Source: a virus (taxonomy: Duplodnaviria > Caudoviricetes). From it: a stretch of DNA of 52,097 nt. The stretch's first letter is position 1. Every line of letters starts with the position of its first letter. The position numbers and the translations under genes were made by a program. A model generated the notes under the pieces. It did no database searches. It saw only the letters and a list, made by a program, of their open reading frames with translations, and had not been told where the DNA came from. Positions 7,848-15,900 of the stretch are shown piece after piece. The stretch spans positions 1 through 52,097 of IMG/VR virus record IMGVR_UViG_3300049847_000386. One strand, given 5' to 3'.

Positions 7848-9112
7848 GGCTGTACTGCGACTGCTTCAACGCGCTCTGCTGCGATTTCCTCAAAGGTCTT
7901 GCCCGTGGCCTCGTGGATGGCCTTCTGGCCCGTGAACTCCTGCCAGCGAAGCACGGCCACGTCAACGTACGGAGGGTTCAGCTCCATGGCGTAGCAGCGT
8001 CGGCCCAGCTGCTCGGCGGCGATGATGGTGGTCCCCGATCCGCTGAAGGGCTCGTAGACCGATTCCCCCGGCTTGGAGTTGTTGGCGATGGGTCGGGACA
8101 TGCACTCCACAGGCTTCTGGGTGCCGTGACCGGTCTCCGATTTGCGGTGACGGTCCATGTCCCAGACCGTCGATTCCTTTCGGCTTCCATTCCAATGGGC
8201 CGTTCCTCCTGCGCGCACAGCGTACCAGCAGGGCTCGTGCTTCCAATGGTAGTTGCCGCGCCCCGGGACGAGAGACGCTTTATTCCAGATGATCTGTGAT
8301 CGGATTGCGAATCCGCAGGCCTCCAGCGAAGATTGCACGTCGGCCGCCTTGATGCCAGCGTGCCACACGTATGCCACCATGCCGGGGAAGAGCGCCCAGG
8401 CCTCGCGCCAATCGCACCTGTCGTCGTTCAGCACCTTGCCTCTGGCTCGCGCGCCGATGCCAATGGCGCCGCGAACAACGCCATCCTCACCAACAACGCC
8501 ATCGCGGAAGGCTGGGTCATACTGCACCCCGTAGGGCGGATCGGTGACCATCAGGTGCGGCTTGGCCTCGCCCAGAAGACGCCCGACCATGTCGGCCCGG
8601 GTGCTGTCGCCGCACATGATGCGGTGGTTCCCAAGCAGCCAGATGTCCTCGAGGGCCGAGACGGGCACGGTAGGCACCTCGGGCACCGCCTCCGGATCGC
8701 CCAAGGCGCGGACCTCCTCGTTGACGGGCATTTCCATTCCCCAATCCACCAGGTCGCCAGCATCCCAGCCAGCCTTCAGCGCCTCGTAGTCCCAATCGCC
8801 GAAGCCCACGTTGTCCTTGATCACGAACTCGCGGCGGCGCTCTGGGGGCCACTCGTCGGCCAGCATCACAGGGACCTCCTTGTACTTCAGGTCCTTCAGC
8901 GCTTTGAGGCGCATGTTGCCGCCGAGCACGATGTACCCGCCCTCCTTCCCGGTGATCACCACCAAGGGGCGCTTCTCCAGCATTTCAGGGAAGTCCTCGA
9001 TGGACTTCTTCAGCGCCGCGAAGCGCTCGTCCCGCAGGGTGCGCGGGTTGTCCGGGTTGGGGCCGACCGACCCGATGGGTACGTAGATGATCTGCGTTGT
9101 GACGACCTTCAT
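7844..9112 (-). CDS. ParB-like domain fused to N6/N4 DNA methyltransferase
   Basis: N-terminal PNPDNPR...GGNMRL ParB motifs; VTDPPYG catalytic motif, HGTQKP, and EPFSGSGTT SAM-binding motif. Confidence 0.92.
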   Translation of the reverse strand: MKVVTTQIIYVPIGSVGPNPDNPRTLRDERFAALKKSIEDFPEMLEKRPLVVITGKEGGYIVLGGNMRLKALKDLKYKEVPVMLADEWPPERRREFVIKDNVGFGDWDYEALKAGWDAGDLVDWGMEMPVNEEVRALGDPEAVPEVPTVPVSALEDIWLLGNHRIMCGDSTRADMVGRLLGEAKPHLMVTDPPYGVQYDPAFRDGVVGEDGVVRGAIGIGARARGKVLNDDRCDWREAWALFPGMVAYVWHAGIKAADVQSSLEACGFAIRSQIIWNKASLVPGRGNYHWKHEPCWYAVRAGGTAHWNGSRKESTVWDMDRHRKSETGHGTQKPVECMSRPIANNSKPGESVYEPFSGSGTTIIAAEQLGRRCYAMELNPPYVDVAVLRWQEFTGQKAIHEATGKTFEEIAAERVEAVAVQP

Positions 9113-9387
9113 TCTGCTGTGCGTTGGTCCTTGTAGAAGTCCTTAACCATGCGGTTGTATCGCGTGATCTGGCTCTTGATGTTGAACTGCTCGGGGGCCA
9201 GCCCCATGTCCCTGGCGAAAGTGACCAAGGCGTCCTCCAGGGTGATCACCTTGGGGGCGCGGGCTGCGCTCACCCCGGGGAGCACCTTCGGAACGCCCGA
9301 TCGCATGCCCATGACGTAGCCGAACATGATCAGGTCGAAGGCGTCACGACGGAGGAACTCCGAGAGGATGGGGGATTCGTGCGGCAT
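9109..9387 (-). CDS. Hypothetical protein
   Basis: 92 aa, stop overlaps the start of the next gene. Confidence 0.65.
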   Translation of the reverse strand: MPHESPILSEFLRRDAFDLIMFGYVMGMRSGVPKVLPGVSAARAPKVITLEDALVTFARDMGLAPEQFNIKSQITRYNRMVKDFYKDQRTAE

Positions 9388-9390
9388 GGC

Positions 9391-9618
9391 TCAGGATGTC
9401 GGCTCCAGCGAGCATCGGTTGGAGTTGGTGATGTTATCGGCCCGCCAGCTTTCCAGCACCTTCAACGCCTGCCGCTCGGTCATCACCTTGGCCTTCTCGG
9501 CGCGGTCAGTCCCGAACAGAAAGTAGTGGAATCCCTTGGGCGACTTGATCACCTCCGTGGCGAATGTAGCACGCCCCCGGGTCTCCTGCCGAACGATAAC
9601 CTTGCGGGCTGCCATCAC
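9391..9618 (-). CDS. Hypothetical protein
   Basis: 75 aa, tightly packed in the minus-strand operon. Confidence 0.55.
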   Translation of the reverse strand: MMAARKVIVRQETRGRATFATEVIKSPKGFHYFLFGTDRAEKAKVMTERQALKVLESWRADNITNSNRCSLEPTS

Positions 9619-9809
9619 CAGTTCTTGCCGACGTATTCCACCTGGTCATTCGGCCAGAGCTCGGCCACCATCTTCTCGGCGTGCTTGCGCTTCTCGTAGG
9701 TCTCGCCAGAGACGGCGATGCGCTGGCCGTTCTTGGCGATCAGGCGCCAGCCGAATTGGCCGTTGCGGCGCGACTGGTAGATCTGGACTTTGCGGTTCTT
9801 CAGTGCCAT
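9615..9809 (-). CDS. YegP/DUF1508-like small protein
   Basis: IYQSRRNGQFGWRLIAKNGQRIAVSGETY matches the DUF1508 pattern. Confidence 0.8.
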   Translation of the reverse strand: MALKNRKVQIYQSRRNGQFGWRLIAKNGQRIAVSGETYEKRKHAEKMVAELWPNDQVEYVGKNW

Positions 9810-9824
9810 GGGTTAGTGCTTGTT

Positions 9825-10070
9825 TTAACGGCGGGTGTTCTGGTGGTTTCGGGTGCGGTGGTCGGGGCGCACCATCTGCTGCTTAACGGCGTTCCGACAT
9901 TGATGTGCAGCCTTCACTTGTGCTGCCTTCTGCTTCTTTGCCCCTTGTTGTTCGCGCTTGACCAAGCGCACATCGGAGGGCTTCCCCCTCGTGGGCATGT
10001 AAAAATGCGCGGGGGTGATGCACAGCACGGATGCCAAGTGGCTCGTGAATGAGTCTTCGTCTCCCGCCAT
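9825..10070 (-). CDS. Hypothetical basic protein
   Basis: 81 aa ORF filling the gap between neighbours. Confidence 0.4.
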   Translation of the reverse strand: MAGDEDSFTSHLASVLCITPAHFYMPTRGKPSDVRLVKREQQGAKKQKAAQVKAAHQCRNAVKQQMVRPDHRTRNHQNTRR

Positions 10071-10075
10071 GGTGA

Positions 10076-10333
10076 TCAGGGGTTGAGTACGTCTTCGGCG
10101 TTGAGGATGTGCTGGGTGGCCTGGTCCAGCTTTGCCTTCATCTCCTTCAGGTGGCTGATGATGCCTTGGTGGAATCCCCGCAGGGCATCGGCCAATTCTT
10201 CGGAGCCAAACTCGTTCACCATCTTCGTGGCGAACTCGCGCCCGCGCATGGTGGACTGTGAATCGGGAGTGCCGGGAGGAGGCGCCGTGCGGGACAGGAT
10301 GGCCTTCGCGCCGTTCTTTGTCTTGTTGCTCAT
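10076..10333 (-). CDS. Hypothetical protein
   Basis: 85 aa ORF in the operon, with a helical C-terminus. Confidence 0.65.
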   Translation of the reverse strand: MSNKTKNGAKAILSRTAPPPGTPDSQSTMRGREFATKMVNEFGSEELADALRGFHQGIISHLKEMKAKLDQATQHILNAEDVLNP

Positions 10334-10347
10334 GTCGGGGGGGGGGG

Positions 10348-10593
10348 TTAGGTTGCCTTCTTTGTGTAGACCTCGGAGCCAGGAAGGGTCACGCGCTTGC
10401 CGCTCTTGAGCTTCACGTGGGCCTTGGCGCCTCCTGGGCCGAGGGTGGTCGCCTGGTACTTCGCCCTGCGCAGGGTGCCGTCGTACATCACCAGCACGTC
10501 TGCGCCCTCCTCGTCGCCATCGTATGGGCGCAGGCCTTCGGGGAGCGGTGCTGGGCTCTTCACGGCAGCAAGTCGTAGATGAACACTCCCCAC
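10348..10593 (-). CDS. Hypothetical protein (start may be GTG at 10563)
   Basis: ORF tiles with its neighbours. Confidence 0.55.
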   Translation of the reverse strand: MGSVHLRLAAVKSPAPLPEGLRPYDGDEEGADVLVMYDGTLRRAKYQATTLGPGGAKAHVKLKSGKRVTLPGSEVYTKKAT

Positions 10594-10682
10594 CGGATCA
10601 GGCAGGCGATGATGGTGGACATGGCCAAGGCCACGCCGATCAGGCGGGCAAAGTCCAGGAGGAGCTTCTTTCGGGTGCTCAT
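10560..10682 (-). CDS. Small single-TM protein
   Basis: MSTRKKLLLDFARLIGVALAMSTIIACLIRWGVFIYDLLP; start overlaps the glycosyltransferase stop. Confidence 0.5.
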   Translation of the reverse strand: MSTRKKLLLDFARLIGVALAMSTIIACLIRWGVFIYDLLP

Positions 10683-11572
10683 ACGCGGAGGGGGTTGGTG
10701 GCGGGGTTCATGGTCTGCAGGACCAGCTCCGTGTGCTTCACCGGGGCGGTCAGGTTGATGGGGCGGCTGTCCTCGTACCACTCCTGGTGCCTGGCGAAGG
10801 CCTGCATGGCCTGGTCCGAGTAGATCACATCCGTCACGTACTGGAGGCGCTTGGCAAATGGGCCTGCTGGGCCTGCGCCACGGTTCTTGCCGTACAGCCC
10901 AGCGTGGTACGCCCGAGGCTTCCAAGGCCACGCAATGGCGCCAGCTTCGCCCGTGGGCGACCACTCCACCCTGCGGATCAGCCCGTCCTGCTCCGCGAAG
11001 GCATCGCCGAACGGGGATCCCTTGAAGTTGCGCCGGCAGTAGTCCACCGGGTTCAGGTAGTAGTCGAAGACCGCATGGGGCAGGACCAGCTCGCGCAGCA
11101 CCTTGGGGCGGAAGGCCACCCCGAGGGAGCAGTAGTCGCCGGTGCTTAGGTAGTAAGCGTTGTCGGGTCCCGTACTGACCATCTTCCGGTTCGGGTTCGC
11201 CACGCCGATCGAGCAGAACAGGCCGGTCTGCTCCGCGTGCACCGCCTCGTGGAATAGGAAGAAGTCGTCGCGCACCATCACGTCCTCCTCCACCATGATC
11301 ACCAGACCATCCGTCTTGGATGCGGCCAGCGCGTACCCGGTGAGCAGGCTGTAGGACTGCTTGCTCAATCGGTACCCGCTGCGGGCCGTGTAGGTGATCT
11401 CGTGGCTGAAGGGGAAGCCTGCCACCACCGTCAGCAGGTCGGGGCTGAAGCCCGTGTCAAAGCGGAAGATGTAGTGGTACTGGTCGGCATCCACAGCACG
11501 CTTGATGTTTGCTAGGCAGTGCCAGAGGAACTCGGCACGCTGCCATGCTGGGATGAGGACGATGCCTTTCAT
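10679..11572 (-). CDS. Glycosyltransferase, GT-A fold
   Basis: N-terminal IVLIPAWQR, MVEEDV acidic motif, EQDG, and PRAYHAG. Confidence 0.75.
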   Translation of the reverse strand: MKGIVLIPAWQRAEFLWHCLANIKRAVDADQYHYIFRFDTGFSPDLLTVVAGFPFSHEITYTARSGYRLSKQSYSLLTGYALAASKTDGLVIMVEEDVMVRDDFFLFHEAVHAEQTGLFCSIGVANPNRKMVSTGPDNAYYLSTGDYCSLGVAFRPKVLRELVLPHAVFDYYLNPVDYCRRNFKGSPFGDAFAEQDGLIRRVEWSPTGEAGAIAWPWKPRAYHAGLYGKNRGAGPAGPFAKRLQYVTDVIYSDQAMQAFARHQEWYEDSRPINLTAPVKHTELVLQTMNPATNPLRV

Positions 11573-11901
11573 GAGATATCCTGTTCGGGTTCATCGAACA
11601 CGTGACGCACTTTCAACCACTCAGGCACCAGCGCTTCCATTGGCGCGTTCACGATGCCGATCAGCGTCCCGTTGTGATACAGGCAGGTCTGGTCCATTTC
11701 ATCCCCCTTAATGCCGCGGCGCTTCATTTCGTTCACCGCCCGAAGGTCGGCGCAGTAGTACAGCCACCCGTCCGTCCTGCGGCTCATCTTGCCGATGGTG
11801 CCCCGGATATCCTCGTCATCCACGTCCACCAGAACGTAGCCCACGAAGGCCCCGTTTTTCACTTCCCAATCCTTCGGTCGCTCTTTCATTTGATGCTCCA
11901 T
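11569..11901 (-). CDS. Hypothetical protein within the glycosyltransferase cluster
   Basis: 110 aa, overlapping both neighbours. Confidence 0.55.
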   Translation of the reverse strand: MEHQMKERPKDWEVKNGAFVGYVLVDVDDEDIRGTIGKMSRRTDGWLYYCADLRAVNEMKRRGIKGDEMDQTCLYHNGTLIGIVNAPMEALVPEWLKVRHVFDEPEQDIS

Positions 11902-12548
11902 TGGTCGAAGAGGTATCCTCGCGTCTGCCCGGAGGAGTGGTCGTTGCCCAGCGTCGAATGCTCCAGTCCCGCGTGGTCCACCAGGCTCGGGACGTGGTGG
12001 TAGGTGGGCCAGCCAAGGCGCTGGAGCGCGTGGAAGATCGTCCCGTCAGGGCTGCGCTCCATCTTATCGGGGTCCTTGGTAAGCACCTCCTTCATGGCCA
12101 TCGCAAGGAGCGGGGCTTGTCGCGCGCGCACCACCACTGCACCGCCCCACGTATTGACCGATGGCTGGATGCTCACAAGGCCCCGGGCTGCGCGGTCGTC
12201 GTGGGCTATGTTCTGCTCAATCGCCCAGAGGGACAGCGCGCTAACGCTAGGCAGTTTGTCCATGGCCACCTGCGCGCGCAGCGTAGCGTCCGGTGCGAAG
12301 ACCAGGTCGTCGTCGAGCACGCATACCAGGTCGTCGTCGAGCACGCATACCAGGTCGTCGTCGTCGGCATTGCCTCGGTCGCTCAAGGCGTAGAGCGTGC
12401 TGATCACCATGCGCGTGGGGCCGTCCTTCAGGTGGTCCCGAAAGATCCCGATGCTATGGGCTCCTGAATCGACAAGGGAGGCCAGCGTCTTGTGCAGGAG
12501 CGGCACGCGATCTTCGGTGGGCAGGTGGATGATGCCGAATCGAATCAT
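11886..12548 (-). CDS. Glycosyltransferase, GT-A fold
   Basis: Start MIRFGIIH; VLDDDL motif and C-terminal PSLVDHAG. The ORF-track upstream extension is spurious. Confidence 0.7.
   Translation of the reverse strand: MIRFGIIHLPTEDRVPLLHKTLASLVDSGAHSIGIFRDHLKDGPTRMVISTLYALSDRGNADDDDLVCVLDDDLVCVLDDDLVFAPDATLRAQVAMDKLPSVSALSLWAIEQNIAHDDRAARGLVSIQPSVNTWGGAVVVRARQAPLLAMAMKEVLTKDPDKMERSPDGTIFHALQRLGWPTYHHVPSLVDHAGLEHSTLGNDHSSGQTRGYLFDQWSIK
12301..12363. repeat. 24-bp tandem repeat, about 2.6 copies
   Basis: ACCAGGTCGTCGTCGAGCACGCAT twice plus a partial copy; encodes DDDLVCVL repeats. Confidence 0.9.
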
Positions 12549-13441
12549 TGCAGCAGGGCTTTCACGCGTTCGTGGAACTGATCGCGGTCGGCAAGGTATG
12601 CGTTCCGTGCGCGACCGCCAAGCACCGACACAACATCGTCCGGTGCGGACCACGCCGCCCGGATGCAATCGGCCAAGCTCTCCACGCTCACGTGCTTGTG
12701 TGTGGCCAGGTTCTGCCGTGACACCTGCGCTGGCTTTGCGCCTATGCCGAAGGATGGATGCACCAGCTCGTTCATGGGTGCTGCTGCCGTGGTGATGATC
12801 AGCGCCCCGCAGGAGCGCGCCTCGTTCAGGTAGTGACCGAATCCCTCGTAGCTCGATGGGCACAGGTGGATGGTGGCCTCGTTCTGCAGCTGCGCGAATT
12901 CCCCGTCCTCCAGTCGGCGCCTGTGCTCCACGTTGCCCGGCAGGTTCAGCCACTCGCGGGCGCTCACCAGCATCAGGTTCAGGTCGGGTAGCAAGCGCAT
13001 GGCATCCATAACCTGGGCTGTTCCCTTGGCGCTGCTGTTGCCAGCCAGATGGACCATGCGCTTCTTGCGGGCCACGCTGCCGTCGAATCGGTCGGGGGAT
13101 GTCCACCCCGTGAACTCCACCCGCTTCGCAAGGGGGCGGAAGATGTCGGCGCAGTCGTCGGTCTTGGCCCACACCTCGCTGCAGGAGTGAAGGTGCCGGG
13201 AGAAGTCGGCCATGAACCACTCCGGGTTCGGGACGGCCACGTTGCGCCCAGCTAATCCGAACAGGTGCCCCGGAAGCAGCTCGAGGAAGAACTGAACGTC
13301 GACCCGGTCGGGTGGGCGCGTCAGCCATTCGGCAAAGGTCACCTCGGCATCCGGCCGCGCCAGCTTGATCGCCTCAGCGAGCACGGCCACGTCCTTGCTC
13401 AGGCCCCAGCCATTGTCGCGAGTTACGATCCGGATCTTCAT
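12545..13441 (-). CDS. Glycosyltransferase family 4 (GT-B)
   Basis: Start MKIRIVTRD; KG motif and PSSYEGFGHYLNEARSCG (EX7E signature). Confidence 0.88.
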   Translation of the reverse strand: MKIRIVTRDNGWGLSKDVAVLAEAIKLARPDAEVTFAEWLTRPPDRVDVQFFLELLPGHLFGLAGRNVAVPNPEWFMADFSRHLHSCSEVWAKTDDCADIFRPLAKRVEFTGWTSPDRFDGSVARKKRMVHLAGNSSAKGTAQVMDAMRLLPDLNLMLVSAREWLNLPGNVEHRRRLEDGEFAQLQNEATIHLCPSSYEGFGHYLNEARSCGALIITTAAAPMNELVHPSFGIGAKPAQVSRQNLATHKHVSVESLADCIRAAWSAPDDVVSVLGGRARNAYLADRDQFHERVKALLQ

Positions 13442-14091
13442 ACATCGTACAGGCGAGGGATGTGATGGACCCGGTAGCCAGCGGCCGAAAGTAATGTCGG
13501 GGCGCCCACCTTGCCCAGCTCGGCCACGAATCCGCGGTCGTCCTGGGCGTACCCGAACGCCGGGAAGCGATACGCCACCTCCGGCCAGTAGGCGATGTCC
13601 GGGTGGTGCACCACGTTCGACGTGCCCGCTACGCGGCGATCGAGAAGGTCGGTCACCATCCTGCGGGACCAAGTGCCCGATGAAGCCTCCCACACCAGGT
13701 CGTCCACGGCGGCCCAAGGAGGAAGCCCAGCGGCCTCCAGCTCCGATGCTACTGCGGCAAGGTATCCGGGGGCATAGCTGTCGTCGCTGTCCAGGTAGAT
13801 CACATACTGGCCCTGCGCCTTCACGATGCCCACGTTACGAGGCACCGGCGACCACATGCGCTGCTTTGGGATCCGAAAGAAGCGAACGCGCGGGTCGGGC
13901 TCGTAGGACTGGCGATCCTCCCACGTCAGGTCGCAGCCGTCCGCGACCACCAGCAGCTCCCAGGATTGGTGCTCCTGGTCAACAACGCTTTGGACCGCGC
14001 GGTGGAACTTGGCGACCCTGTCCGATGCCGATCGACCGAACGTCCCAGCGTATTCGCCCAGGTAGCTCTGCATGATCACAGAGAACAGCAT
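13438..14091 (-). CDS. Glycosyltransferase family 2
   Basis: MLFSVIM..., ELLVVADG, PRNVG, YLDSDD. Confidence 0.9.
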   Translation of the reverse strand: MLFSVIMQSYLGEYAGTFGRSASDRVAKFHRAVQSVVDQEHQSWELLVVADGCDLTWEDRQSYEPDPRVRFFRIPKQRMWSPVPRNVGIVKAQGQYVIYLDSDDSYAPGYLAAVASELEAAGLPPWAAVDDLVWEASSGTWSRRMVTDLLDRRVAGTSNVVHHPDIAYWPEVAYRFPAFGYAQDDRGFVAELGKVGAPTLLSAAGYRVHHIPRLYDV

Positions 14092-14223
14092 GGCGCAATG
14101 ATAAGGCCCAGAACGCAGCAGGCCCCCCGAAGGAGGCCTGGCGATCCGATGGCCGCTGTTGGACGCGTGACTGAACCTACAACCATCCCCGAAGGGATGC
14201 ACCGGATGGGGCCGCCAAAGTAA

Positions 14224-14499
14224 TCATTCCGTTGAACTGGTGAATCCTTCGGCCTTTACTGCGGCGAGGAAAGCGTTAATGATATCCTCGCTATCTCCGT
14301 CATGGATCACTTCCACATCCAAACGTTTCATCCCATCCACCGCCATCTGTATCAACTCCCGATCCTTGGCGCGGACAAGCATATACTCCGAATTGGCCCA
14401 CGACGAGATGCGGCGTGCAACTTCTTCTTTTGAAGAAGATGATTCCACGACACTGGCAAGGATGTTATCGCTCAACAGCGGCTTGTTCTCGGTGATCAT
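14224..14499 (-). CDS. Hypothetical protein
   Basis: Start MITENKP is coupled (ATGA) to an upstream small ORF; alternative start at 14523. Confidence 0.55.
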   Translation of the reverse strand: MITENKPLLSDNILASVVESSSSKEEVARRISSWANSEYMLVRAKDRELIQMAVDGMKRLDVEVIHDGDSEDIINAFLAAVKAEGFTSSTE

Positions 14500-14777
14500 G
14501 GTATGTCGGTTATCAATTTCCATTTTTTCGCATTTTTCCAGCGCACTTGGATTGTTGATCTTTCGTCATCCGGTGAGGTGACAGGGCGAACAGCGACGTA
14601 TCCCATGAACTCGCCGACGACCACGTACTTTATCCTTCGATCGCTCACGAACGAGGCAGGGCCTTCGCGCTTTCGGCGATATGCTTCTTGCTCATGGTCG
14701 TTCAGGTTGTCGTTTGTAAGCGTTTGCTGTCCGGTGATCTTCGCATAGCCATTGTTAGTACCAATGCCACCAGCGAC

Positions 14778-15053
14778 CTAATCATACTCGGTGGAAGCAA
14801 TTATGGCAAAATCTTCACCTACTGACAAATCATATAATGAAATTTGTTCGGGCATATCATCGGGGTTTTCTTCATCAAATTCGGTATTCTTTACCATTAT
14901 GGTTTTTGCTTCTTCATCGGTAATTGATTGTAAGTCCTCAATTTCTTGAAGTGGCAAATCAAAATCCGCATCGTAAGATTTTAGTAGGTGTAATTCATTT
15001 TTGGCAGTACACCAATCAATTCTGCCATCGTCAAAAGTTAGTTTGTAAATCAT
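14778..15053 (-). CDS. Acidic hypothetical protein (cassette 1 cargo)
   Basis: 91 aa, very Asp/Glu-rich, AT-rich codon usage. Confidence 0.8.
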   Translation of the reverse strand: MIYKLTFDDGRIDWCTAKNELHLLKSYDADFDLPLQEIEDLQSITDEEAKTIMVKNTEFDEENPDDMPEQISLYDLSVGEDFAIIASTEYD

Positions 15054-15092
15054 TGTATTATTTGTTTTTCGTTAATATTAAAATTCTCGTAT

Positions 15093-15230
15093 GTGGCACC
15101 GGTACTAACATTGGCTTGCCGTAACTGGCTCGGCTGCTCTTCGTTTGACTTGTCCTGCTTTGTTTGCATGTTCTTTCGTTGTTCGTGTGTCTGTGATGGG
15201 CCAGCTACGTCAAGCCTTGGTCCGTTATGG
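15093..15230 (+). repeat. attC-like hairpin site A
   Basis: TAAC, arm GGCTTGCCGTAACTGGCTC (15113-15131), loop, arm GGGCCAGCTACGTCAAGCC (15198-15216; 16/19 complementary), GTTATGG. Confidence 0.8.
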
Positions 15231-15755
15231 GCAATTGCTACCTGACGTGTTAAAAATGGACTTCATACCCATTAACACTTTGGTTTCGCCCTTATATCCT
15301 CTTTCAAAATGGAAGTTGCCAACCGAAAACCCAAAAGGGTAATCTATCAATTGTCCGCTTCCGTAAATGATTATGCTTTTTATTCCTCCGTATTTGTTAA
15401 TCATTTCCATAATTATTTGCCTTTGAAATATTTTGTTAGTCGGCACTAAGTAGCTTACATTGTCCGCAATCTCAAAGCCTTTTTTTAAGAAGTCCTCAAA
15501 TATGCTGTAGGGTGGGTTTCCAATTACCCAATCTACTTTGCCATCGTATAAAAAAAAGTCTTTGCCCTCTCGTATTTCGCAATATTCTTTATCTTCAGGC
15601 AAATAATTATAAAAAGCTCCATCGCCTTTGCACGGGTCTAAGCATTTCCCTTTTGGGTTTAGCCAACGCACAATGTGTTCACTAACATAAGTCGGTGTAT
15701 AAACTATATCCGCTTCTAAAACGGGCTTCTCCCAAAGTGATGTTTGTATTTCCAT
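15225..15755 (-). CDS. Small amino-DNA methyltransferase (cassette 2 cargo)
   Basis: YTP, LDPCKGDGAF SAM-binding motif and IGNPPY catalytic motif; an in-frame upstream ATG (15809) lies inside hairpin B. Confidence 0.85.
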   Translation of the reverse strand: MEIQTSLWEKPVLEADIVYTPTYVSEHIVRWLNPKGKCLDPCKGDGAFYNYLPEDKEYCEIREGKDFFLYDGKVDWVIGNPPYSIFEDFLKKGFEIADNVSYLVPTNKIFQRQIIMEMINKYGGIKSIIIYGSGQLIDYPFGFSVGNFHFERGYKGETKVLMGMKSIFNTSGSNCP

Positions 15756-15778
15756 TTTTACTTTCTCGTTATTAAACC

Positions 15779-15887
15779 GCAACTGCCCATAACACGGGTT
15801 TTGCGTCATTTTTTGCCTTTAACATTGGTGCTAACTTTGAACATTCGAGTAGGCAAAAAACGAACGCAAAGCCCGAAAACGTTCTGC
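15779..15887 (+). repeat. attC-like hairpin site B
   Basis: TAAC, arm CGGGTTTTGCGTCATTTTTTGCCT (15795-15818), loop, arm AGGCAAAAAACGAACGCAAAGCCCG (15851-15875), AAAACGTT. Confidence 0.8.
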
Positions 15888-15900
15888 TTTCATGGGTTCA

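Larger units (their letters stand above)
14754..15883 (+). mobile_element. Array of two integron-like gene cassettes without an integrase gene
   Basis: AT-rich block. Unit 1 starts GTTAGTACCAATGCCAC (14754) with inverse GTGGCACCGGTACTAAC (15093-15109) then a hairpin. Unit 2 starts GTTATGGGCAATTGC (15224) with inverse GCAACTGCCCATAAC (15779-15793) then a hairpin ending at GTT (15881). Confidence 0.8.

Noticed and set aside
9615-9809. Fifth member of the MALxFxGGxA family
   Set aside because: It shares only MALK, lacks FxGG, and is a DUF1508-like protein.
14496-14780. Amber readthrough or recoding joining the cassette 1 gene to the downstream open frame
   Set aside because: The frame is open past the TAG, but genes elsewhere are intact under the standard code and the junction is explained by cassette insertion.
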